Assembly: GCA_963799485.1 (NCBI GenBank)
Contig: CAWCXJ010000013.1
Coordinates: 96,001-160,000 of the forward strand
DNA: 64,000 bases
Source of the DNA: an uncultured Trueperaceae bacterium
GTDB lineage: Bacteria > Deinococcota > Deinococci > Deinococcales > Trueperaceae
Direction of reading: 5' to 3'
Shown: positions 19,556 through 29,206 of the stretch, piece by piece
How positions within the stretch are numbered: the first letter of the stretch is position 1
Layout: every line of letters starts with the position of its first letter
The notes under the pieces: model-generated
Databases searched by the model: none
Told to the model about the DNA's origin: nothing
Seen by the model: only the letters and a program-made list of their open reading frames with translations
Made by a program: the position numbers and the translations under genes

Positions 19556-20929
19556 CTAAACACGGGCCTTGTCACTCGGGTGTATAGAGGCAGTTTCAGC
19601 AGCGTCGCCGTTTGTGCTCGGAGCCTCGAGTCCGAACGCTTTATGTACCGCTCTGAGCGCCGCAACCGCGTGCTCCGCCCCGATAACGACTGTGATCCGC
19701 ACCTCGCTGGTGGTGATCATCTCGATATTTGCGCCCGCCCCGGCAACCGCCTCAAACATCCGGCCTGCCAGCCCCGGCGTCGAACCGAGCGCGATGCCGA
19801 CGACCGAAAGCTTGGCGATGTTCGGGTCGGCGTGCGCTTCACCACCTAGCCGAGCGAGTATCGGCCTGACGGCCTCGAGCGCATCCTCGGCAGCATCTTT
19901 ACCGACCGTAAAGGCCATCTGCTGGCGGTTGCCTCCCGGCACACCCTGAATGATGGTGTCCGCGTTGACCCCCGCCGTGCCGAGTGCGCTAAAGACCTGT
20001 GCGGCGACGCCGGGCGCGTCAGGGACGCCTAACAGGTCGATACGGGTGTGATTGCGGTCGAGTGCGACCCCGGTTACAGGTTTGTCGGTTTTCACACCCT
20101 TCTCCTCTTTACGCTCTGTTAACGGTTGCGCCGGCTTCTCTGTACCGACCAGTGTACCAGCAGCATATGAAAACGATGAGCGGACGTGAATCCGCACCCC
20201 GTAGCGGCGTGCGTACCAGACGCTGCGCGGGTGCAAAACCTTGGCCCCGAGCGACGCGAGCTCTAACATCTCATCGTAATCGATACGGTCAAGTTTCGTC
20301 GCGGTCGGGATGAGGTGCGGGTCGGTCGTGTAGACGCCGTCGGTGTCGGTATAGATTTCGCATTCCGGTGCGCCTAAAGCCGCTGCGACCGCGACCGCCG
20401 TCGTATCCGAGCCGCCGCGTCCGAGCGTGGTAATCATGCCGGCCTCGTCTACCCCCTGAAACCCTGCGACCACCACGACGTCAACCGTCTCGAGCGCTTC
20501 TAGCAGTGCCCCGGGGTCGACTTCGATAATGCGTGCGCCGCCGCTTGCGTTGTCCGTTAAAAATCCAGCCTGCGCCCCGGTAAACGAACGCGCCTTAAGC
20601 CCCAAACGGTGCAGCGTCATGGCCAGGAGCGCCACCGACTGCTGTTCCCCGGTCGCCATCAGCATATCGAGTTCGCGCCGGTCGGGTCGGGGCGTAATCT
20701 CTTTGGCGAGCGAGACGAGTGCGTCGGTGGTGCGGCCCATCGCCGAGACCGTTACCGCGACCTTACGCCCCGCCGCTACCGTCCGGGCGATACGCGCCGC
20801 CACCTTGCGGATACGTTCTAAATCTCCGACGCTGGTACCGCCGTACTTTTGCACTGCAATGTTCTTTATAGTTATGTTCTTTACAGTGATGTTTTTTGCG
20901 GTGACGCCTTGCGCCGCGATATCTGCCAT
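19556..20929 (-). CDS. lysC: Aspartate kinase
   Basis: VQKYGGTSVG, TTLGRGGSDTTA, DGVYTTDP, GAKVLHPR, two ACT domains. Confidence 0.97.
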   Translation of the reverse strand: MADIAAQGVTAKNITVKNITIKNIAVQKYGGTSVGDLERIRKVAARIARTVAAGRKVAVTVSAMGRTTDALVSLAKEITPRPDRRELDMLMATGEQQSVALLAMTLHRLGLKARSFTGAQAGFLTDNASGGARIIEVDPGALLEALETVDVVVVAGFQGVDEAGMITTLGRGGSDTTAVAVAAALGAPECEIYTDTDGVYTTDPHLIPTATKLDRIDYDEMLELASLGAKVLHPRSVWYARRYGVRIHVRSSFSYAAGTLVGTEKPAQPLTERKEEKGVKTDKPVTGVALDRNHTRIDLLGVPDAPGVAAQVFSALGTAGVNADTIIQGVPGGNRQQMAFTVGKDAAEDALEAVRPILARLGGEAHADPNIAKLSVVGIALGSTPGLAGRMFEAVAGAGANIEMITTSEVRITVVIGAEHAVAALRAVHKAFGLEAPSTNGDAAETASIHPSDKARV

Positions 20930-21287
20930 AAAACTCCCTTGACCCTACTCCCGTAAAACCTGGGCGTGGGCGCTCAGGCAACCTGCTTATTCTATGACAG
21001 GTAGAGGTTTTGTAGACCTTACCCGTAAAAACATGAGCGGCGGCAACTTGTGGAAATGCCAAAGCCGTAAGCGGCGACGCCTATCGCCTCAGCGGTTAAA
21101 CTTGCTGTACTCACCGTACTTCGACCTTCAGCGGCCGATAAGACCGTTAAACTACCTCGAAGCGCGTGCTGAACACCTTCTTTGCAAATAGGCCGAACGG
21201 TTGAGCGTAGTGCACCCGTAGTCGTGGGCCGACCCAAAGGTGATAAGGCTTGCTGAGTTGTGCGGCTGGAAACGTCAGGCTACGGTC

Positions 21288-21896
21288 ATGGCTAAGCTCC
21301 TCCCTGAATTTTTTCGCCGTGATGACGAGCAGCCCGACGGACTTTTTTACGCCGAGCCCCGCTTTACGACCCACCTGGGGCCGGCAGCCTCGCGCGCCGC
21401 CGCCGCGCGTTACGAAGAGCTGCTCCCGGCGGGCGAGCACATCCTCGACCTGATGGCGGGGTACGTGTCGCATCTGCCGGGGGTGTTTAGGCGGGTTACG
21501 GGGTTGGGACTCAACTCCGATGAGCTAGGGCACAACCCGCGTCTCGACGACTACTTGGTGCTAGACCTCAACCGACCAGGATTTTTGCCCTTTATCGATG
21601 CGACGTTCGGTGGTGCTGTCTGCACCGAAGGCGTCCCGTACCTGACGCAGCCGCTGGTAACATTTGCCGAAACCGGTCGCAGTCTGAAGCGCGGCGCACC
21701 TTTTATCGTGACGTTTTCAAACCGGATGTTCGAAACCAAAGCGGTGTTGGCGTGGCGCTCTGCTGACGACGCGGCCCGTGTACGGCTGGCGCGGTCTTAC
21801 TTCGAGGCGACCGCAGCGTTCGGCGGTACGTACAGTATGCATTTCGAACCGGCGGACGGCGATCCGCTCTATGCGATCTGGGCTTTCAAGCGTTAG
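21288..21896 (+). CDS. Class I SAM-dependent methyltransferase
   Basis: FYAEPRFTTH, ILDLMAGYVSHLP, GLGLNSDEL, TFSNRMF. Confidence 0.85.
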   Translation: MAKLLPEFFRRDDEQPDGLFYAEPRFTTHLGPAASRAAAARYEELLPAGEHILDLMAGYVSHLPGVFRRVTGLGLNSDELGHNPRLDDYLVLDLNRPGFLPFIDATFGGAVCTEGVPYLTQPLVTFAETGRSLKRGAPFIVTFSNRMFETKAVLAWRSADDAARVRLARSYFEATAAFGGTYSMHFEPADGDPLYAIWAFKR

Positions 21897-21923
21897 CAGA
21901 TTTTCATAAAGTAAACTTAGGGT

Positions 21924-23102
21924 GTGCGCGTTACGCTGCTTTCCAACGGTCACGGCGAAGATACGGTCGGCGCACTCCTCGCCGCGCAGTTGTGGGCGCT
22001 CGAGCCTGACCTCGCGCTGCAGGCGTTTCCTACCGTGGGGCTGGGCGACGCTTACGCCCGGGCCGGCGTCCCGCTCTTAGGGCCGCGCCGCGACCTGCCG
22101 AGCGGCGGCCTGCTGCTCCACAGTGGGCGCGCCTTCTGGGGCGACCTGCGCGCCGGTTTTATTACCCTTACCCGCCGTCAACTTTACGACCTCAGCAGCC
22201 TCGAGACCGATGTACTCATCGTAGTTGGCGACCTCTACGCCCTGCTGCTCGGCAATCTCGTCCGCACAAAATGCCGCTTTTACGTGCAGACGCTCGTCTC
22301 GAGCCGTCATTCGGGCCCTCAGCGCGTACCCGGCCCCACTTTCCGGCGTTACCCCAACCGTTACTTTATGGAGCGCTTTAGTACGCCTGAAAAGTTCCTG
22401 ATGCGCCGAAACGTTCATACCTACGTCCGCGACGCGCCTACTGCGGCCTCGCTGAGTTGCCCGGGGCTGGCGGTAAGTGCGCTGGGTAACCCGATGCTCG
22501 ACGCCATAGGGCCGGGTACGCCGCTGAAGTTGCCGCTAACCTCACCCGTAATCGCGCTGTTGCCAGGAACGCGGCGCTACAAGCTCGCCGCTCTGGAGAC
22601 GATGCTGGGGGCGCTGGCGGCCCTACCGGAAGCGACCGGGCTTGTCGCCTGGACGGACGCGTCGCCGCCGGACGGTCGCTGGCAGGTTGTAGAAGACGGT
22701 ATCTGGCGGCGTGGCGACCGTATTTGGCTTGTCCACGACCGTTTCACCGACGTGTTAAACGCAGCCGACCTGGTGCTGAGTACCGCCGGAACTGCGAGTG
22801 AGCAGGCAGCGGCGCGCGGGCGGCCCGTCGTGGCGTTTTCGGTCGCGCCGCTCTATACCGAGGCGTTTTTAGCCAATCAGCAGCGGCTTTTGGGTGCAGC
22901 GCTGACACGCTGCCGGCCCGACCCACGCACCCTGGCAGCGGCGCTGCGTACACTTTGGCAAGACCCCGAGCGCTACCGCGCCGCGTCCGAGGCGGGTAGG
23001 GTACGAATGGGTGAACCCGGCGGCGCTGCTGCTATCGCCGCCGACATTTTGCGGCGTGCGTCGGTAGCAGCTGAAGACCATGTACAAATATGTGGCGACT
23101 GA
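21924..23102 (+). CDS. Lipid-A-disaccharide synthase-related protein
   Basis: LSNGHGED, LPSGG, VVGD, GNPMLD, ALLPGTR, AGTASEQ. Confidence 0.82.
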   Translation: MRVTLLSNGHGEDTVGALLAAQLWALEPDLALQAFPTVGLGDAYARAGVPLLGPRRDLPSGGLLLHSGRAFWGDLRAGFITLTRRQLYDLSSLETDVLIVVGDLYALLLGNLVRTKCRFYVQTLVSSRHSGPQRVPGPTFRRYPNRYFMERFSTPEKFLMRRNVHTYVRDAPTAASLSCPGLAVSALGNPMLDAIGPGTPLKLPLTSPVIALLPGTRRYKLAALETMLGALAALPEATGLVAWTDASPPDGRWQVVEDGIWRRGDRIWLVHDRFTDVLNAADLVLSTAGTASEQAAARGRPVVAFSVAPLYTEAFLANQQRLLGAALTRCRPDPRTLAAALRTLWQDPERYRAASEAGRVRMGEPGGAAAIAADILRRASVAAEDHVQICGD

Positions 23103-23212
23103 TACGTGGCGACTGGACGGCTATACCCACACAAATTAGAGGGTGCTTGGGAAACCCCCTACCTGTGGAAGGGTAGGGGGGTGAACGATAGAACAAAAGC
23201 AGTATACAACGG

Positions 23213-23325
23213 CTAAGTACGGGACAAATCGGTAGTGGCCTCATCCGAACTGATAAGCCAAGGGAAGGTTACCCCTCAAACACGCTGACCTTCGCTGCTG
23301 TGTCCGGCTTTTGTCCTGTACTTAG
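23213..23325. repeat. 16-bp inverted repeat pair next to the integrase remnant (possible arm-type att sites)
   Basis: CTAAGTACGGGACAAA (23213-23228) and TTTGTCCTGTACTTAG (23310-23325), one mismatch. Confidence 0.6.
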
Positions 23326-23490
23326 GTGCGCCGTAAGCTTTTCAGCGGCGGGGTTATAGAGCATCGCCGCGAGCCGCGCGGCTACTTCTTATTGCATGTT
23401 GGATAAGGCGTGGCTGTACACGTCCAGGGTAATCGCTACCGAGGTGTGACCTAAGCGTTTACTCACAACTTTGGGATGTACTCCGTTGCC
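23269..23490 (-). pseudogene. Tyrosine recombinase/integrase C-terminal remnant
   Basis: GVHPKVVSKRLGHTSVAITLDVYSHALSNMQ* (LGH..T..Y catalytic box); in-frame TAA at 23389-23391; no upstream part. Confidence 0.88.
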
Positions 23491-23679
23491 TACCGGAAAC
23501 GAGCTGCGAGGGCCTATTACGCTGGCCCCTTTTGACGTGTGTTTTGTCAGATAGCGTCCCCGCAGTTTAGGTCAGCGCCGCTACCCGCGTCCGGTAGTGG
23601 GTGCGGGTAGCGGGTTTTCGTCTGCCACGGTATATAAACCTCTTTGGGACCATCCGACGCGTAACTGAAGCGTTGCCCG

Positions 23680-24723
23680 CTACTTAGGCAGCGCCTGCGC
23701 CAGAAACTTAAACCACGTTCCGCCCAAAAAGTCGGCTCGAGCCGCTTCCGGTACGGCCTCACCCAAGCGGGCGAAATCTGCGCCCCGGTAGAGCTCGGCG
23801 GGTACGTCCGCCACGCCGAAACCACCGTCGAAGTCGGTGCCGACAGCCACGCGGTGCCAGCCGATAAGCTCGGCGACGTGTTCGGCGTGGCGTTTTACGT
23901 CGTAGAGCGTCACGCGGTCTTTGGGGGACGTTTCGGTGACCTCGGCGTTTAGAAAAGCGTTGGCAATGACGAGCCCCACGACGCCTTTGGCTCCAAGCGC
24001 GCGGATCATCGCGTCGGAGAGGTGGCGGTCGGTCGGCACGAAGCGGCGGGCGTTCGAGTGACTGGCGATAACCTGGTCGGGGCCGGTCTCGAGCGCGTTC
24101 CAAAAGCTCTCTTCGGCAAGGTGGCTTGCGTCGAGCACGACCCCTTCTTGGCGCATGGCGTGCATGAGTTCCAACCCGAGTTCGGTCAGTGGCCCCGGCG
24201 CTTTGGTGCCGCCTGCGTAGCGTGTGCGCTGCCACGCCGGGCCTAAAATGCGGAGCCCCCGCGCCGTCCATTCGCCCAGGTCGTCCGGGGTGCGGAGCGG
24301 GTCGGCTCCTTCCATCAGGAGTACTAAACCCAGTGGCGTGTCACCCTTTGGCGTTTGGTAAGCCTGCAGATCGCTTTGGCTGCGGATGATGCGAACGAGT
24401 CCGGCGTCTTCCCAGCGTTCGTAAAGCTCGAGCTGACGCAGCGCCAGCACCCGCGCCTCGTCGGGTGTTTCGTAGGCGCGGCCTTTAAGGGAACCGCCTC
24501 TAGCGCTCATCCGCACCGCTGCCGCAGGTTGCACGTAGATCGTTGCAAAAACCAGGCCGACACCTCCGCTATGAAGCTCCGGTAAGGTGACGAGCGCGTC
24601 CTCATGTCCCTGACGGCGCAGCGCGTCTAGCGGCAAGGTGAGGTCGCGGCCTGCCGAGAGGACGTTGTAGGCGAGGTCGAGATGTCCGTCAATCAAAATG
24701 TCAACCGCAAGTTCATCACTCAT
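23680..24723 (-). CDS. Membrane dipeptidase (M19 family)
   Basis: IDGHLDL, LMEGAD, LDASHL, ASHSN, GTDFDGG. Confidence 0.93.
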   Translation of the reverse strand: MSDELAVDILIDGHLDLAYNVLSAGRDLTLPLDALRRQGHEDALVTLPELHSGGVGLVFATIYVQPAAAVRMSARGGSLKGRAYETPDEARVLALRQLELYERWEDAGLVRIIRSQSDLQAYQTPKGDTPLGLVLLMEGADPLRTPDDLGEWTARGLRILGPAWQRTRYAGGTKAPGPLTELGLELMHAMRQEGVVLDASHLAEESFWNALETGPDQVIASHSNARRFVPTDRHLSDAMIRALGAKGVVGLVIANAFLNAEVTETSPKDRVTLYDVKRHAEHVAELIGWHRVAVGTDFDGGFGVADVPAELYRGADFARLGEAVPEAARADFLGGTWFKFLAQALPK

Positions 24724-25240
24724 GACACGAAGTGTACCCGCTACGGCTACCGAAAGCGCTGCCGGACTCTACCGACGGCTCGAGGGGTTCTCGCTCGGTT
24801 CCGCCTCGCTCGATTTTAGAGGTTGGCGTGTCTATCTTTGCGGCGACCGGCGTGGTTATAGTGAGCTTCTTAATGATCTCGACCGCTTTGTCCGGTACCA
24901 GTCGGTGCTCGAGATACGGTGAACTTTCCAGCCGCGGCCTGGTCAGCTGCGCTTGGGATGAACACCTGCAGTCGGAAACAAGCCGCCGAACTCGGAAGGC
25001 AACCGGTAATCGAGGCTCACCTTGGCGCACCGAATAGGCCCGGACCAGCCGGCCCCGAGCCGCGCAGTTTCGACCTGCCACAGCAACAGGCAGTAGGCGC
25101 TGAAGCCGTTTCGTCAACCCCTCATGAAAAAACCTTTATACTTGACGAGACCGGCTGCAACACTGTTTTTGCGACGTTGTTTTTGCGACATTGTTTGCTG
25201 AGCGCGACACGCGCGCCCAACCCAACTGAAAGGAGCCGCG

Positions 25241-25423
25241 ATGCTCTCGTTTGTCATTCCCGAAGACCCGCGCGTCCCCGACCCGAACGTTCCACCACGT
25301 CCGCCCGAAGACCCGAGCGAGCCGCCCCCCGTCGGCGACCCCGATTCGCAGGAACCGCCGATGAAAGAGCCCGACCCTCAAGAACCGCCGATTCGGGAGC
25401 CGCCGCCCCCGAATTATGCCTGA
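25241..25423 (+). CDS. Small Pro/Asp/Glu-rich protein (60 aa)
   Basis: Strong SD GAAAGGAG before ATG; repetitive PEDP/EPP content. Confidence 0.6.
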   Translation: MLSFVIPEDPRVPDPNVPPRPPEDPSEPPPVGDPDSQEPPMKEPDPQEPPIREPPPPNYA

Positions 25424-25444
25424 GGGCGACCTCGAGTGGTTCCT

Positions 25445-25888
25445 AACGCTCTGACCGAGCCTCAGGTCGGCAGCCGTCATGAGCGCAGCGTAGGCCGTAC
25501 CGCCCGCCACCGGTACCGCCGCCGACTCTTCGAACGACAGGTTTTGCGGTTTGGGCGTAACGGCGGAAGCGGCGACCGCGTGGTACTCGGCGTTGGCTCC
25601 CCCGCGCGGGTCGGTCAGTTCGACGGCGTAGTACACTTCGTCGCCCTCGCTAAAGGTCTCTACGTTTGCCCCAACTTTCTCGACGACGCCCGCCACATCG
25701 AACCCGAGCAGCAGCGGCGGCTTAATCATCGCGCCGAACATGCCGGTGCGCAGGCCCAAATCTGCCGGGTTGACCGAGGTCGCGTAAACCTTGACGAGCA
25801 GGTCGCCCGGGCCGATTTCCGGTACAGGCCGCTCTTGCATCAACAGCTTGTCCGCTGAACCGAACGCTGTAAGGACAACTGCTTTCAT
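25445..25888 (-). pseudogene. Truncated MDR-family (quinone oxidoreductase/Zn-ADH-like) oxidoreductase
   Basis: GroES-like half intact (TSVNPAD, LGFDVAGVV, GANAEY) but similarity stops at LRLGQSV, just before the NAD(P)-binding Gly motif; remainder is antisense read-through. Confidence 0.8.
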
Positions 25889-25954
25889 CATTCCTCCGTT
25901 TAGACCTCGAGTATGGCTCGCTGCTTTCACCGCTTAAGACCGGTCTTATAGGGT

Positions 25955-26836
25955 TCAGGAGAACGCCTCCTGGTGCTCTGTTACCCACGCCTCGAGCGTT
26001 GTGAGCTGTACCGGAACCTGCTCGAGCGCCGCTTTTATGTCTACCTTTGAAGAGAACAGTTCGGGGTTTTCGTAAGCCGCGGCGTACCCTTGCGCTGCGC
26101 CCTGGCCCATCCCCGGAAACACGGCCTCGAGCTTTTCCCCGAACTCTTCTGCGGGCATCGCCCGAAAAGAAATCTCGCGGCCCAGCGCGCGGCTGAAACG
26201 TTCGGCGACCTCCTGCCCGTTCAGGCGTTCGGGGCCGCTGATCTTGAGGTTCAGCGGGGCCAAATCGGGGTGGGCAAACGCGTAGGCTACGAAGCTTCCG
26301 ACGTCTTCGGTCGCCAGCCACTGCAGCTTGACCGCGAGCGGCGTCGGGTAGGCAAACGTGTTCTTTTGCGTGATTTCCTCACGTGTCCACGGGCCTAGAA
26401 AGTTTTCCATGTAAGCCGTCGGTTGAAACACCACGTAAGGAACGCCGCTCGCGGTGATGATGTCCAGGACGTCGAGCCGCATATCGAACGCCGGGTTCAC
26501 GCCCCTCACAGGCGGAAGTTCACCGCTGGCGTTCCACACGATGAACTTGACGTCCGCCTCGACCGCCGCAGTCACCGCATTTTTTGCGTAGCTGAGGCCG
26601 TCGCCCGGGCGTTCGGTAAAAAACGGAACGTGCAAGAAAACGCCGCCGACACCCGCCGACGCCGCTGCCAGAGCGTCCGCGTCCGCCATGTCGCCCTTGA
26701 AAACGTCGGCACCGTCCAGACCCCGAACACGTTTCGGGTCCCTTGTCAACACGCGCACCGTATGGCCCGCGTCCAGCAACTTGCGCGCGACCGGGAACCC
26801 CTGCGAACCTGTCGCACCGTAACTCAGTAGCTTCAC
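25955..26836 (-). CDS. NmrA family NAD(P)-binding protein
   Basis: YGATGSQG, VRVLTRDP, PTAYMEN, EDVG. Confidence 0.9.
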   Translation of the reverse strand: MKLLSYGATGSQGFPVARKLLDAGHTVRVLTRDPKRVRGLDGADVFKGDMADADALAAASAGVGGVFLHVPFFTERPGDGLSYAKNAVTAAVEADVKFIVWNASGELPPVRGVNPAFDMRLDVLDIITASGVPYVVFQPTAYMENFLGPWTREEITQKNTFAYPTPLAVKLQWLATEDVGSFVAYAFAHPDLAPLNLKISGPERLNGQEVAERFSRALGREISFRAMPAEEFGEKLEAVFPGMGQGAAQGYAAAYENPELFSSKVDIKAALEQVPVQLTTLEAWVTEHQEAFS

Positions 26837-26938
26837 GTTTGCCTCCTGAAGGAGCCTACCGCAAGCTGTTTAGAAAATAAAGTAGTTACATATTTTTAAG
26901 ATAGTTTCAAAAAATGAACTTCCTTGCTATGATGAGGT

Positions 26939-27289
26939 GTGAGTACCGTAACCGATACCCCGACCGACGCCTACGCCCAAAGAGTCAAGACCGACGTCCG
27001 CTGCACCGTCGAGCGTTCCGCCGAGGTTTTAAGCGGTAAGTGGACGACGCTCATCTTAAGAGATTTGCTCGGGGGCCCGAAGCGTTTTGGTGAACTGCGC
27101 CGCTCGCTGACCGGGGTAAGCCCCAAAACCCTGACGGACAGGCTTAAGAGCCTCGAGGCCGAGGGCGTCTTGACCCGGACGCTCTACCCGGAGATGCCGC
27201 CGCGTACCGAGTACCGCCTGACTGAAAAGGGTACGGCGCTTCGCCCGGTCATCGAAGCGATGGCGGCGTGGGGCGAGACCTGGACGTAA
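26939..27289 (+). CDS. HxlR family winged-helix regulator
   Basis: CTVE..LSGKW..ILRDL..RFGELRR..SPKTLTDRL..PPRTEYRLT; divergent from nmrA-like gene. Confidence 0.93.
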   Translation: MSTVTDTPTDAYAQRVKTDVRCTVERSAEVLSGKWTTLILRDLLGGPKRFGELRRSLTGVSPKTLTDRLKSLEAEGVLTRTLYPEMPPRTEYRLTEKGTALRPVIEAMAAWGETWT

Positions 27290-27322
27290 GAAATAGCGTC
27301 ACAGCGTAAGGGCCGATAGGGG

Positions 27323-28888
27323 TCAAGCCAGCCAAGCCACCTTGTGCGCGCGGATGTCCTCTACCGGCGGTAAGGTGCCGAGCCTGAAGCGCTCCTCGAT
27401 AACGCAGAGTTCGGCGTCCCGCTGCGCGCCGAGAACGGCCCGGAGTTTGCCCTTGTTCAAATAGTAGGCCAAAAATTCATGCGCTCCCAAGTCGCCGTCG
27501 ATAACGACCTCATCCCAGCTTTCGGCGTGCCCGACGTAGCGCAACCCGACGCCGTGCTGTTTCGTCCAGAAGAGCGGCACCCCCGTAAAAGCATCTTCCT
27601 GACCCGCCATACTGTGCGCCGCCGCTCGCCCGTGCTGCATCGCCAGCCGCCAGTGCTCGACGCGGACAGCTTCCCCCGTAAAAGGGTCGGGATAGCGGGC
27701 CAGGTCGCCCGCTGCGTAGACGGGGCCGTAATTACCCGTTAAACGCAAAAAACGGTCGACTGAAACGCTGCCGTCGTTGTTCAGCGCCACACCCACAATT
27801 TCCGGCACCTTCGGCCCGACGCCCACGCCGATAACCACGAGGTCGGCGGGCAAGTCGCGACCGTCTTCCAGCACAGCGTGCGTCACCCGGTCTTCGCCCG
27901 AAAGCTGTGCAACTTTTGTCCCGGAAACAAACGCGACGCCGTTCGCTTCATGAAGTTTTCTGAACATCTCGCCGACCTCACGCCCGAAAAGCCCCTCAAA
28001 CGGTACCTCGTCGGGCGTAACGACGGTGACCTCCAAACCCCTTTCACGGAGGCTCGCGGCACACTCCATCCCGATAAAACTCGCGCCGATGATGAGCGCC
28101 CGCGCGTCCTCCTGTGCTGCTGCCACGAGGTCTTGACTGTCTTGCAGCGTTCGCAGGTAAAACACACCGCCCAACTCGGCCCCGGGAACCGTCAGCGGTT
28201 TCGGTACACTCCCAGTTGCCAAGAGTAGCGCGTCGTAGTGCAGCGTGTCGCCGTCTTCAAACGTCAGCTGCTGCGCTGCCGGGTCGATCTGCGTGACGGT
28301 TTGGGTAAGCAACGCTACGCCGAGCGCGTCGTAAAACGACTCGCCCCGTAGCGGAATCCAGCCCATCGTCTTTTCACTGCTCAGATAGTCTTTACTCAGC
28401 AAGGTGCGGTCGTAGGGTAAACCCTCCCGACCGACAAGCACCACACGCCCGCGAAACCCGTCGCGGCGGAGCGTTTCGGCGGCAGCCGCGCCCGCCGCGC
28501 CCGCACCCACAATGACAAAGACGCGGGCATCGGTTTCGTCGAGGTTGACAGGCGCAGGGGACGCGGTTTCGGGGACATCATCAGGTAATTCGACCCAGAT
28601 TTCGTCGCCGCCGAGGGTTACCTCAAACTGCGGCAGGTCGTCCAAAGCAGGGGGCTCGAGCAGTTCCCCCGTCCGGGCCGAGAAACACGCGTGGTGCCAG
28701 GGGCAAACAATCCGCGCACCGCTCAGGACGCCCTCGGACAGCGGCGCGCCGTAGTGAGTGCAGCGTGCATAAAGGGCGCTGACGCGGCCCTCGGTGCGGG
28801 TCAGCAGCACCTCGGTGCCACCAACTTCTACCGCCTTCATGTCGCCGTCTTTGAGGTCGTTTTGCCGGGCTAAAAAGTGCTTGGTCAT
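27323..28888 (-). CDS. Rieske 2Fe-2S + FAD-dependent oxidoreductase (AIF-like fusion)
   Basis: CTHYG..CPWH Rieske motif; GAGAAG, LLATGS, GASFIGME, AAGD, EHW. Confidence 0.93.
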   Translation of the reverse strand: MTKHFLARQNDLKDGDMKAVEVGGTEVLLTRTEGRVSALYARCTHYGAPLSEGVLSGARIVCPWHHACFSARTGELLEPPALDDLPQFEVTLGGDEIWVELPDDVPETASPAPVNLDETDARVFVIVGAGAAGAAAAETLRRDGFRGRVVLVGREGLPYDRTLLSKDYLSSEKTMGWIPLRGESFYDALGVALLTQTVTQIDPAAQQLTFEDGDTLHYDALLLATGSVPKPLTVPGAELGGVFYLRTLQDSQDLVAAAQEDARALIIGASFIGMECAASLRERGLEVTVVTPDEVPFEGLFGREVGEMFRKLHEANGVAFVSGTKVAQLSGEDRVTHAVLEDGRDLPADLVVIGVGVGPKVPEIVGVALNNDGSVSVDRFLRLTGNYGPVYAAGDLARYPDPFTGEAVRVEHWRLAMQHGRAAAHSMAGQEDAFTGVPLFWTKQHGVGLRYVGHAESWDEVVIDGDLGAHEFLAYYLNKGKLRAVLGAQRDAELCVIEERFRLGTLPPVEDIRAHKVAWLA

Positions 28889-29206
28889 CAGCTCTCCTCG
28901 AGGTTGGATTGCCCCTGAGTCTAGCGAACAGCCCGCGTCAAAGCGTAGCGCCAAACCGCATTTGGGCTGCCCCGAGGTGCAGTGAGGTGCAGCTTGGCTT
29001 CGTTGCCACGGTTCAGATGAACTCGAGCAAACCAGAGCCGGTCAAGCTGAACACTTTCAAGCCGCAGGTAGCGGTCTCACTGCGGTCGGAGCGGGCCGGT
29101 TACACCCTCAACGCAAGAAAACCTGTTTGGCAAGCACCTTAGCGCGATACAGTAGTTTCTTGTAAGGCCGCTAACGCCTGTAATAACAGCTTCTGCTTTT
29201 TACGCC

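Noticed and set aside
20930..21240. Lysine riboswitch upstream of lysC
   Set aside because: No recognisable L-box conserved segments or terminator on the minus strand
24730..25120. Several overlapping ORFs (133 aa minus, 74 and 101 aa plus)
   Set aside because: No family motif or convincing start signal; coding status cannot be supported
25136..25930. 264-aa full-length oxidoreductase from the ORF track
   Set aside because: The C-terminal part is antisense read-through of the Pro-rich gene; treated as a truncation
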